A stretch of DNA of 64,000 bases, from the IMG/VR virus record IMGVR_UViG_2751185828_000002; one strand, written 5' to 3'. The first letter of the stretch is position 1. Every line of letters starts with the position of its first letter. The DNA is from a virus (lineage: Duplodnaviria; Caudoviricetes). Below are positions 19,726 through 28,275 of the stretch, one piece after another. A program made the translations under genes and the position numbers. The notes below the pieces were generated by a model. That model did not search any database. It was not told where the DNA came from and saw only the letters and a program-made list of their open reading frames with translations.

Positions 19726-20606
19726 AGACCCTCGACCCCGACCTGCAGGCTCATCTCGACGAGGGCACGACCACGCTCGCCTGGTGCTGGCGGATCGCGC
19801 GCGCCGACGGCATGAGTTTCGGCTTCACCGACCACGACCGGACGCTCACCTTCGACGGGACGGACTTCGAACCCGAGAGCGGGCTCACCGCCTCCGAGGT
19901 GCGGTCGGGCTCGGACCTGTCCGTCGATGCTCAGGACGCTGAGGGTGTGCTGACCTCGGACCGGATCACCGAGACCGACATCCTGGACGGCCGCTGGGAC
20001 AACGCCGAGGTCGAGGTCTGGCGGGTAAACTGGGCCGACTCCAGTCAGCGCGTCCTGATGCGCCGCGGGGCCATCGGCCAGATCCGGCGCGGGCGGCTGG
20101 CCTTCGTCGCCGAAGTCCGCTCGCTCGCCCATGTGCTGGGCCAGACGGTCGGGCGGACCTTCCAGGCGACCTGTGATGCCGCACTCGGCGACGCGCGCTG
20201 CGGTGTCGACCTCGAGGATCCCGCCTACAATGGCACGGGCGCGGTGATCGACCTTCTGCGCGACCGTGCCTTCACGGCCTCGGGCCTCGGCGCCTTCGCC
20301 CCCGGCTGGTTCACCTTCGGCACGCTGGACTGGACGAGCGGCGCGAACACGGGACGGCACGCCGAGGTTTTGGGCCATGACGTCACGGATGGCGTGGCAA
20401 TCCTGACCCTGCTCGAGGCGCCGGTGCGCGCGATCACCGAGGGCGACGCTTTCACCATCCGTGCGGGCTGCGACAAGCGGATGGAAACCTGCGGGGCGAA
20501 GTTCGCCAACACCGCCAACTTCCGGGGTTTCCCGCATATCCCCGGCCAGGACGCCGTGCTCCGCTATGCCACGAAGGATGGCGGGCACGAGGGTGGCGTG
20601 CTGTGA
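19722..20606 (+). CDS. DUF2163 baseplate hub protein (RcGTA g13-like)
   Basis: TTLAWCWRIARADG, CDAALGDARC, GCDKRMETC..KF.N..NFRGFPHIPG. Confidence 0.9.
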   Translation: MKTLDPDLQAHLDEGTTTLAWCWRIARADGMSFGFTDHDRTLTFDGTDFEPESGLTASEVRSGSDLSVDAQDAEGVLTSDRITETDILDGRWDNAEVEVWRVNWADSSQRVLMRRGAIGQIRRGRLAFVAEVRSLAHVLGQTVGRTFQATCDAALGDARCGVDLEDPAYNGTGAVIDLLRDRAFTASGLGAFAPGWFTFGTLDWTSGANTGRHAEVLGHDVTDGVAILTLLEAPVRAITEGDAFTIRAGCDKRMETCGAKFANTANFRGFPHIPGQDAVLRYATKDGGHEGGVL

Positions 20607-21052
20607 CGCAACCTCTCGCAGCGGCGGCCGACCCGGCGCGCGTCATCGCGATTGCGCGTTCCTGGCTCGGCACGCCGTATCATGATCAGGCAAGCCTAAA
20701 GGGCGTCGGCTGCGACTGCCTTGGGCTGGCCCGGGGCGTCTGGCGCGAGGTGGTGGGTCCGGAGCCGTTCCCAATCCCGACCTACAGCCGGGACTGGGGC
20801 GAGACCGGACCGCGCGAGGTGCTGGCCGAGGGCGCACGGCGCATGATGACCGAAGTGGAACCGGAGACGGCCGGACCCGGCGCGCTGGTCCTCTTTCGCA
20901 TGAAGCCGCGCGCCATCGCCAAGCATGTCGGGATCCTGACCGCGCCCGACAGCTTCCTACACGCCTACGAGCGGCTCGGCGTGATCGAGGAGGCGCTCAC
21001 CCAATCCTGGCGGCGGCGCATCGCCTTCGCCTTCCTGTTCCCGCAACGCTGA
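20603..21052 (+). CDS. NlpC/P60 family cell-wall peptidase (RcGTA g14-like)
   Basis: WLGTPYHDQAS.KGVGCDCLGL (catalytic Cys) and KHVGI (His). Confidence 0.9.
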   Translation: MTQPLAAAADPARVIAIARSWLGTPYHDQASLKGVGCDCLGLARGVWREVVGPEPFPIPTYSRDWGETGPREVLAEGARRMMTEVEPETAGPGALVLFRMKPRAIAKHVGILTAPDSFLHAYERLGVIEEALTQSWRRRIAFAFLFPQR

Positions 21053-21062
21053 GAGCCCCGAC

Positions 21063-24000
21063 ATGGCCACCCTCGTCCTCGGCGCCGCTGGCGCCGCCAT
21101 TGGCGGCAGCATCGGCGGTGCGATCCTCGGCGTCAGCGCCGCGACCATCGGCGGCTTCATCGGCTCCAGCATCGGCTCGGTCGTCGACAGCTGGATCATC
21201 TCGTCGCTGGCGCCCACGCAGCGCATCGAGGGCGCGCGGCTCGACACGCTGCGCATCACCTCGGCCACAGAGGGCGCGGTCATGCCGCGGCTCTACGGCC
21301 GTATGCGGATGGGCGGCAACATCATCTGGGCGACGGATTTCCGCGAGGAGACGAAGACCACCACCCAAGGCGGCGGCAAGGGCGGCGGCGGAGGAAAAGT
21401 CAAGACGACCGAGTATCTCTACTACGCCAGCTTCGCCGTGGCGCTTTGCGAGGGGCCAATCACCGGCATCGGGCGCATCTGGGCCGACGGCAAGCCGATG
21501 GACCTCTCCGGCGTCACGTGGCGCTGGTATCCCGGCGACGAGGTGCAGAGCCCCGATCCGTTCATCGCGGCGAAGATGGGCGCGGCGAACACGCCCGCCT
21601 ATCGCGGCACGGCCTATGTCGTCTTCGAGGAGCTGGCGCTCTCCACCTACGGCAACCGCCTGCCGCAGCTCTCTTTCGAGGTGTTCCGGCCGCTCGCCGA
21701 TCCCGACACCGCCGAGGGGCTGACCTGCGCCGTCACCATGATCCCGGCCTCCGGCGAGTTCACCTATGCGACGCAGGCCATCCGCAAGACCGATGGCGGC
21801 GCGACGGTGCCCGAGAACCTGAACGCGCTGCCGGACGCCACCGACATGGAGGAGGCGCTGGACCGGCTGCAGGCCATGGCCCCGGCGGTCGAGAGCGTCA
21901 GCCTCGTCGTAGCATGGTTCGGCAACGATCTGCGCGCGGGGTCGTGCAAGGTGCGGCCGGGCGTCGAGGTGTCGGCCAAGTCGACGACACCCACCAGCTG
22001 GTCGGTGAATGGCGTGAGCCGCGCCAATGCTTTCCTCGTCAGCCGCGACGAGCAAGACCGCCCAGTCTATGGCGGCACGCCGTCCGACTTTGCGGTGGTG
22101 CAGGCGATCCAGGAGATGAAGGCGCGCGGGCTGCGGGTCACCTTCTACCCGTTCATCCTGATGGACGTGCCGCCCGGCAACAGTCTGCCAAACCCGTATT
22201 CCGACAATGCCGCCGAGGTGGGCCAGCCTGCATTCCCCTGGCGGGGGCGGATCACCTGTTCGCCTGCAGCGGGATATGCCGGATCGGTCGACAAGACGGC
22301 GACGGCCGCAAGTCAGGTCGCGGCGCTGTTCGGCGCGGCCACACCCGCCAGCTTCAGCGTCTCGGGCGAGAGCGTCAGTTGGATCGGATCCCCCGGCGAC
22401 TGGGGCCTGCGCCGTATGGTCCTGCACTACGCCCATCTCTGCGCGGCGGCGGGCGGGGTCGACGCGTTCCTGATCGGCACTGAGATGCCGGGGCTGACGA
22501 CGATCCGCGCGGGCGCTTCCACCTATCCGGCCGTGCAGGGGTATCGGGATCTGCTCGCCGATGTCCGCTCGATCCTCGGGTCCGGCACCAAGATCGGTTA
22601 TGCCGCCGACTGGTCGGAGTACTTCGGGCACCAGCCGGGCGACGGCACCGGCGACGTGTTCTTCCACCTCGATCCGCTCTGGGCCGATACGGAGATCGAT
22701 TTCGTCGGCATCGACAACTACATGCCGCTGTCGGACTGGCGCGACGGCTTCGAACATGCCGACGCGGCCGAGGGCTGGCCGGCAATCTACGACCGGGCCT
22801 ACCTGCAGGGGAACATCGCGGGTGGCGAAGGCTTCGACTGGTTCTATGCCAGCGCGGCGGATCGCTCCGCGCAGGTCCGCACTCCGATCACCGACGGTGC
22901 CGCCGGCAAGCCGTGGGTCTTCCGCTACAAGGACCTGCGCAGCTGGTGGTCGACCCCGCACTACGACCGCCCGGGCGGGGTGGAGAGCGGCACGCCGACA
23001 GCGTGGACGCCAGAGTCCAAGCCGATCTGGTTCACCGAGCTGGGCTGCCCGGCCATCGACTGGGGCACGAACCAGCCCAACGTCTTCTTCGACCCGAAGT
23101 CGTCCGAGAGCTTCACGCCGTACTTCTCGCGGGGCTGGCGCGATGACGCCATCCAGCGCGCCTATCTCGAGGCGACATATCTCTGGTGGGGCGAGGCTGC
23201 GAACAACCCGGTGTCTTCGGTCTACGGCGGCCGGATGGTGCATGTGCCCGAATGCGCCGCCTGGACCTGGGACGCGCGGCCGTACCCATTCTTTCCCGCG
23301 CTGACTGACGTCTGGACGGACGGCGCGAACTGGCGGCTCGGGCACTGGCTGACCGGGCGTCTCGGCGCGGTGTCGCTGGCCGCACTGGTGCGGCACCTCT
23401 GTCTCCGCGCCGGGCTGTCCGAGTCCCGGATCGACGTCTCCGGTCTCTGGGGCGCGGTCGAAGGCTACGCCATCACGGCGCTGGAGAGCCCGCGCGCCTC
23501 GATCACCATGCTGTCGCGGCACTTCGGCTTCGACGCCGTCGAGACCGAAGGGGTGATCCGGTTCGTGATGCGCGGCCGGGCGTCTGTCGCCACCCTAGCG
23601 CCCGACGATCTGGTCGCGGCCCGCGAGGGTGACATCCTCGAGCTCACGCGCGGCCAGGAGACGGAACTGCCGCAGGCCCTGAAATGGCAGTTCGCGCGTG
23701 CCGACGAGGATTACGACGCGGCCCTCGTCGAGGCGCGGCGCATCACCGTGGACACGACCCGGATCGCCTCGGAATCCTTCCCGATGGCCGTGCCGCCCGA
23801 GGAGGCCGAGCGGCGCTGCCGCCGCGCGCTGATGGAGGCGTGGGTGGGCCGCGAGACGGCGGCGTTCCGATTGCCGCCCTCGCGCCTCGCGCTCGATCCG
23901 GCCGACGCGATCCGGCTCGCCCATGACGGGCGGTTGGTCGATCTGCGGCTCGTCTCCATCGCCGACGCCGAGGCGCGCGGCATCGAGGCGGTCCGCCAGG

Positions 24001-25028
24001 ATCGCGCGACCTACGATCTGCCGCCCGGCGATCCGCGCGCGGCGTCGCTGACGCGCGCCGTGGTGTTCGGCGCGCCGGATGCGGTGCTGATGGACCTGCC
24101 GCAGCTGACCGAGGACCAGCCGGCGCATCGGCCCCTCATTGCGGCGCACGCGGTTCCCTGGCCGGGCGAGATGGCGGTGTTTCGCAGCCCTTCGACGGAT
24201 GGCTTCGAGCTGCTTACCAGCTTCGGCACGCGGGCCCGGCTCGGCTCGCTGGTCTCGGATTTCTATGCAGGCCCCACATCGCGCTTCGACCTCGGCAATG
24301 CGCTTGTGGTCGATCTGCTGACCGGCACGCTGGAAAGCGTCACCGACCTGACGCTGTTCGGCAGCGCCAACGCGCTCGCGATCGAGAGTGCGCCCGGCGC
24401 CTGGGAGATCGTGCAGGCGGGCGTGGCCGAGCTGCTGGCGCCCGGCCGGTATCGGCTGACCCGCTTGCTGCGCGGCCAGCGCGGCACCGAGGGCACCATG
24501 GGCAATCCGGCGCCTGCTGGCGCGCGGGTCGTCATGCTGGACACCGCGCTGGCGTTCCTGCCGATCGCCGAGGCCGATCTCGGTATCCCATGGAACTGGC
24601 GCATCGGCCCCGCGAGCCGTCCGGTCAGCGACGAGACCTATGTCGCGCAGGCCTTCACGCCCGAAGGCGTCGGGCTGCGGCCGTTCTCCGTCGCCCATGT
24701 CGAGCAACCGTGGCGCAAGCCGCGCTCGCCCGGCGATCTCACCATCCGCTGGACGCGCCGGTCCCGTGCGCTCGCGGCCGACAGCTGGGGCGGGCTTGAG
24801 GTGCCGCTGGCAGAGGAACTGGAAGCCTACGAGGTCGAGCTCCTCGACGGCGCTGCCGTGAAGCGGCTGCTGAGCACGACCACGACCAGCGCGCTCTACA
24901 CCACCGCCCAGCAAACCGCCGACTGGGGCGGGCCGCTCGGGCTCGGCGACAGCCTCACCGTCCGCATCTACCAGCTCTCCGCCCTCGTCGGGCAGGGCTC
25001 ACCGAAAACCGTCACGCTCACATTCTGA
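21063..25028 (+). CDS. GTA-type multidomain baseplate protein (megatron, g15-like) with TIM-barrel domain
   Basis: 1321 aa; PRLYGRMRMGGNIIWA, PAYRGTAYVVF, YAADWSEY, IDNYMPLSDWR, KPIWFTELGCPA, WTWDARP. Confidence 0.9.
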   Translation: MATLVLGAAGAAIGGSIGGAILGVSAATIGGFIGSSIGSVVDSWIISSLAPTQRIEGARLDTLRITSATEGAVMPRLYGRMRMGGNIIWATDFREETKTTTQGGGKGGGGGKVKTTEYLYYASFAVALCEGPITGIGRIWADGKPMDLSGVTWRWYPGDEVQSPDPFIAAKMGAANTPAYRGTAYVVFEELALSTYGNRLPQLSFEVFRPLADPDTAEGLTCAVTMIPASGEFTYATQAIRKTDGGATVPENLNALPDATDMEEALDRLQAMAPAVESVSLVVAWFGNDLRAGSCKVRPGVEVSAKSTTPTSWSVNGVSRANAFLVSRDEQDRPVYGGTPSDFAVVQAIQEMKARGLRVTFYPFILMDVPPGNSLPNPYSDNAAEVGQPAFPWRGRITCSPAAGYAGSVDKTATAASQVAALFGAATPASFSVSGESVSWIGSPGDWGLRRMVLHYAHLCAAAGGVDAFLIGTEMPGLTTIRAGASTYPAVQGYRDLLADVRSILGSGTKIGYAADWSEYFGHQPGDGTGDVFFHLDPLWADTEIDFVGIDNYMPLSDWRDGFEHADAAEGWPAIYDRAYLQGNIAGGEGFDWFYASAADRSAQVRTPITDGAAGKPWVFRYKDLRSWWSTPHYDRPGGVESGTPTAWTPESKPIWFTELGCPAIDWGTNQPNVFFDPKSSESFTPYFSRGWRDDAIQRAYLEATYLWWGEAANNPVSSVYGGRMVHVPECAAWTWDARPYPFFPALTDVWTDGANWRLGHWLTGRLGAVSLAALVRHLCLRAGLSESRIDVSGLWGAVEGYAITALESPRASITMLSRHFGFDAVETEGVIRFVMRGRASVATLAPDDLVAAREGDILELTRGQETELPQALKWQFARADEDYDAALVEARRITVDTTRIASESFPMAVPPEEAERRCRRALMEAWVGRETAAFRLPPSRLALDPADAIRLAHDGRLVDLRLVSIADAEARGIEAVRQDRATYDLPPGDPRAASLTRAVVFGAPDAVLMDLPQLTEDQPAHRPLIAAHAVPWPGEMAVFRSPSTDGFELLTSFGTRARLGSLVSDFYAGPTSRFDLGNALVVDLLTGTLESVTDLTLFGSANALAIESAPGAWEIVQAGVAELLAPGRYRLTRLLRGQRGTEGTMGNPAPAGARVVMLDTALAFLPIAEADLGIPWNWRIGPASRPVSDETYVAQAFTPEGVGLRPFSVAHVEQPWRKPRSPGDLTIRWTRRSRALAADSWGGLEVPLAEELEAYEVELLDGAAVKRLLSTTTTSALYTTAQQTADWGGPLGLGDSLTVRIYQLSALVGQGSPKTVTLTF

Positions 25029-25035
25029 GGACCCC

Positions 25036-26112
25036 ATGTCCGACGCCACCACCCATCTCCTGCTGCCCTACATCCTCGCGGCGCAGGCCCAGAAGCATGT
25101 CACACACAATGAGGCGCTGCGGATCCTCGACGGGCTCGTCCAGCTCTCGGTTCTCGACCGGGACTTGACCGCGCCGCCCGGCAGCCCCGCGGATGGCAAT
25201 CGCTACATCGTCGCCTCGGGCGCGACGGGCGACTGGGCGGGCTGGGACCTGAATGTCGCGCTCTGGACCGATGGCGCCTGGCTGCGCCTGCCGCCGCGGA
25301 CCGGCTGGCGGGCATGGGTCGAGGACGAGGGCCTGCTGCTGGTCTACGATGGGTCTGTCTGGGTCGGCACCACGCCCGCAGCGCTGCAGAACCTCGCACT
25401 GCTGGGCCTCGGCACGACGGGGGACGCCTCGAACGCGTTCTCAGCCAAGCTCAACGCCGCGCTCTGGACGGCAAAGACCGTCGCCGAAGGCGGCACCGGC
25501 GATCTGTTCTACACCATGAACAAGGAGGCCGCGGGCGACGATCTCGGGCTGACGCTGCAGACCGGCTTTGTGACCAAGGCGCTGGTCGGCCTGTTCGGCT
25601 CGGACAGGTTCCGGCTCGCCGTCTCGGCTGACGGCAGTACCTTCTTCGACGGGCTGAGCGTCGACAACGCGAACGGCATCGTCGATCAGCCCCGGCTGCC
25701 GCGCTTCAAGGCGTACACCAACTACGACAACTATGTCGGCGTCGGGGCCTGGACGAAGATCGGCCTCAACAACACCGACCACAACGACCAGGGCGCCTTC
25801 GACGCCGCGAACAACCACTTCGTGGCGCCGGTTGACGGCACCTACCTCTTCGGCGCGACGCTGCTCTACAAGATCAACGCCAGCGCCACGGCCCGCATGC
25901 GCGGGCGGCTCGTCCTGAACGGCACCACCGAAATCCGCGGCTCCCTCGGCGAAATCTCCGCCACCCACGTCTCGCTCGCCACCGCGATCTGGCTGCAGAC
26001 CATGGTGCCGCTGACCGCGGGCGATACCGTCGAGCTGCAGGGATATTTCCGGGTCGCGGATGGCTACTTCGCCGCCGATCACACGTCCTTCTGGGGCTGC
26101 AAGGTCGGCTGA
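25036..26112 (+). CDS. DUF2793 tail-fibre protein with C-terminal C1q/TNF-like domain
   Basis: LPYILAAQAQKHVTHNEALR (DUF2793); C-terminal FKAY...FDAANNHFVAPVDGTYLF resembles the C1q jelly-roll. Confidence 0.75.
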   Translation: MSDATTHLLLPYILAAQAQKHVTHNEALRILDGLVQLSVLDRDLTAPPGSPADGNRYIVASGATGDWAGWDLNVALWTDGAWLRLPPRTGWRAWVEDEGLLLVYDGSVWVGTTPAALQNLALLGLGTTGDASNAFSAKLNAALWTAKTVAEGGTGDLFYTMNKEAAGDDLGLTLQTGFVTKALVGLFGSDRFRLAVSADGSTFFDGLSVDNANGIVDQPRLPRFKAYTNYDNYVGVGAWTKIGLNNTDHNDQGAFDAANNHFVAPVDGTYLFGATLLYKINASATARMRGRLVLNGTTEIRGSLGEISATHVSLATAIWLQTMVPLTAGDTVELQGYFRVADGYFAADHTSFWGCKVG

Positions 26113-26131
26113 GCGGCGGAAGGAGGATCCA

Positions 26132-26419
26132 ATGACACCACCCCGATCCGAGGGCTTCGTGCGCATGCCCGACGCCGAGTTCGAGGCGATCCTGACGCGG
26201 GCGGCCGAGGAAGGCGCAAAGCGTGCGCTGGCCGATGTCGGGCTCGACGGCGACGAGGCCGCGCTCGACATCCGCGACCTGCGATCCCTGGTGGATTGCA
26301 TCCGGCTGGTGCGCCGCACCGCCATGCAGACCGCCGTCCGCATGATCACCACCGGCGTCATGCTGGCGCTGCTCGCGGGCATCGCCATCAAGCTGAAGAT
26401 CTTCGGCGGCAGCCCGTAG
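26132..26419 (+). CDS. DUF6127-like small membrane protein (possible holin)
   Basis: 95 aa with one C-terminal TM segment; RBS AGGAGG; lies just upstream of the endolysin. Confidence 0.65.
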   Translation: MTPPRSEGFVRMPDAEFEAILTRAAEEGAKRALADVGLDGDEAALDIRDLRSLVDCIRLVRRTAMQTAVRMITTGVMLALLAGIAIKLKIFGGSP

Positions 26420-26480
26420 CCGCGCCCCATCCCCATTCATCAGCCCGCAATGACCCGCCCTCGTGGCGGGGTGAGCCGTG

Positions 26481-26522
26481 GTCTGCCTGACAGGCAGACG
26501 GGAAGGTCCAGTGGACCTTCCC
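26481..26522. repeat. Two abutting perfect palindromes
   Basis: GTCTGCCTG-A-CAGGCAGAC (26481-26499) immediately followed by GGGAAGGTCCA-G-TGGACCTTCCC (26500-26522). Confidence 0.85.
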
Positions 26523-26578
26523 AAGCGGCGAACGCACCGAGCCCTGCGAGGGGCCGGAAACTCGTTCTGGAGGCCCCC

Positions 26579-27253
26579 ATGACCACGACTTTCCACCGCC
26601 ATTGGCGCGACGTGTCCGAGAGCACCTGGCGTTGGCCGAATTTCAGCCCGGCCGAAATCGCCTGCCGGGGCACCGGCAAGCTGCTGATCAACGAACCCGC
26701 GATCGACAAGCTGCAGGCGCTGCGCGACCGGCTCGGCAAGCCGCTGATCGTCCGCTCGGCCTACCGCAGCCCCGAGCACAACCGCGCCGTGGGCGGCGCC
26801 ACCCGCTCGAAGCACCTCGACGGCGCCGCGTTCGACATCGCCATGGCGAACCACGACCCGGTGGCCTTCGAGGCGGCGGCGCGGGAGGTCGGGTTCCTCG
26901 GCTTCGGCTTCTATCCGCGCTCGGGCTTCATCCATGTCGACCTTGGGCCCGCGCGGCAGTGGGGCGAGCGCTTCCCGGTCCGGGCGACGGCATTCGCAGC
27001 CGAGACGCCGCCCGCGCGCGAGGTTTTGGCGCAGAGCCGCACCATGAAGGGTGGCGGGGCAGCTGGTGTGGCGACGCTGGGCGCAGCCGGGGTCGAGGTT
27101 GCGCAGAGCGTCCTGGCCGAGACGCAATCCGCCATTCTGCCGCTCGTGCCGTATCTCGACACGCTTCGCTGGGTGTTCATCGCCGTCGCGCTCGGCGGCA
27201 TCGCAGTCACGATCTATGCCCGCCTCGACGACTGGAAGCGGGGGCGGCGATGA
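26579..27253 (+). CDS. Endolysin, peptidase M15 (D-Ala-D-Ala carboxypeptidase-like) with C-terminal TM helices
   Basis: SAYRSPEHNRAVGGATRSKHLDGAAFD and FIHVD Zn-binding motifs. Confidence 0.85.
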   Translation: MTTTFHRHWRDVSESTWRWPNFSPAEIACRGTGKLLINEPAIDKLQALRDRLGKPLIVRSAYRSPEHNRAVGGATRSKHLDGAAFDIAMANHDPVAFEAAAREVGFLGFGFYPRSGFIHVDLGPARQWGERFPVRATAFAAETPPAREVLAQSRTMKGGGAAGVATLGAAGVEVAQSVLAETQSAILPLVPYLDTLRWVFIAVALGGIAVTIYARLDDWKRGRR

Positions 27254-27507
27254 TCGGCGGGCTCCTCACCGGGATCGCCGCCAGCCCGTGGATGCGGTCC
27301 GCGCTGCGCTACGGCGCCATCGCGCTCGCCGTGCTGCTGTTCCTGTTTGCGCTTCGGCGGTCCGGCGAGCGAGCGGGACGCCTCGCCGAACGCCTTGAGA
27401 CAACGGAGAAGGTCAATGATGTCCAACGCCAGATGCTGGAAGCAGCGGCTCGCCGCCCTCGCGATCACCACGAGCTTGCTGAGCGGCTGCGCGACGGTTC
27501 GTTCTGA
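27250..27507 (+). CDS. Putative i-spanin (Rz-like)
   Basis: N-terminal TM segment followed by a coiled coil, directly after the endolysin. Confidence 0.6.
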   Translation: MIGGLLTGIAASPWMRSALRYGAIALAVLLFLFALRRSGERAGRLAERLETTEKVNDVQRQMLEAAARRPRDHHELAERLRDGSF

Positions 27508-27667
27508 GAACGGGAGGCTGGCGACATGCCCGCCCGTGGTCGAGTATGGCAGGGAGTTCCAGGCGCGGGCGGCCGAGGAGCTGGCCTTGGTGCCACAGGG
27601 ATCGGCGCTCGCGGACATGTTGAGCGACTACGCTGTCATGCGCAACCAGGCGCGGGCCTGCGGATAG
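27416..27667 (+). CDS. Putative o-spanin lipoprotein (Rz1-like), overlapping the i-spanin in another frame
   Basis: Signal peptide with lipobox LLSGC; Pro/Cys-containing mature part. Confidence 0.65.
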   Translation: MMSNARCWKQRLAALAITTSLLSGCATVRSENGRLATCPPVVEYGREFQARAAEELALVPQGSALADMLSDYAVMRNQARACG

Positions 27668-27743
27668 CGCAGCGCGGTCAGCAAGGCCGCTCGATCACCA
27701 CAGTGCTGGTTTCATGGCCCCGAAAGGGAAACGGCTCTTCCGC

Positions 27744-28208
27744 TCAGGATCGACGTGCGTTGTCGTCGCCAATCTCGATCTGAAGTTCTTCTGTTCGCAG
27801 CCAGATCGACAGGCTTTCCGTCGAGGCTTCCACCTGTTCCAGCTTCCGCAGGGCGCACTCCCATACCGTCGCCACGCGCCACCCGTCTTCGAGGAGTCTT
27901 GTGCGAAGGGCACTGTCTCGAGCGGTGTTCGCATCGAACTTCGCCCGCCAGAACTCCCGCCGGGTTGCCGGTACGGTCGTGTAGCGGCACCCCTCGTGTC
28001 GGTGCCAGAAGCAGCCGTGCACGAAGACCACGGCGCGGTGCTTCGCAAGGACAAGGTCCGGTCGACCGTGAACCTTGCCGGAATGGAGCCGGAAGCGGAA
28101 ACCGCGCGCGTGTAATGCGCGCCTGAGAGCCAGCTCGGGCTTGGTGTTCTTTCCCCTGATTCCCGACATCATCCGGGAACGGGTCTGCTGGTCCACGATA
28201 TCGGTCAT
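27744..28208 (-). CDS. vsr: Very short patch repair endonuclease
   Basis: MTDIVDQQTRSRMMSGIRGKNTKPEL, GRPDLV, VFVHGCFWHRH, GWRVATVWEC. Confidence 0.95.
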   Translation of the reverse strand: MTDIVDQQTRSRMMSGIRGKNTKPELALRRALHARGFRFRLHSGKVHGRPDLVLAKHRAVVFVHGCFWHRHEGCRYTTVPATRREFWRAKFDANTARDSALRTRLLEDGWRVATVWECALRKLEQVEASTESLSIWLRTEELQIEIGDDNARRS

Positions 28209-28275
28209 ATCCGTCCTGGTCTTCGTCCCTGAACCTGGTATACACCGGCTGAATGAAATTCGTCAGGAGCCTGAT

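Larger units (their letters stand above)
1..27667 (+). mobile_element. Defective siphovirus prophage (lambda-like head, GTA-like tail); left end outside window
   Basis: Contiguous co-oriented run of replication, terminase, portal, capsid, tail and lysis genes. Several structural genes carry frameshifts. Confidence 0.9.

Noticed and set aside
6240-27667. Bona fide gene transfer agent cluster
   Set aside because: The head module is lambda gpA/gpW/portal type and is linked to replication, methylase and lysis genes; only the baseplate genes are GTA-like.
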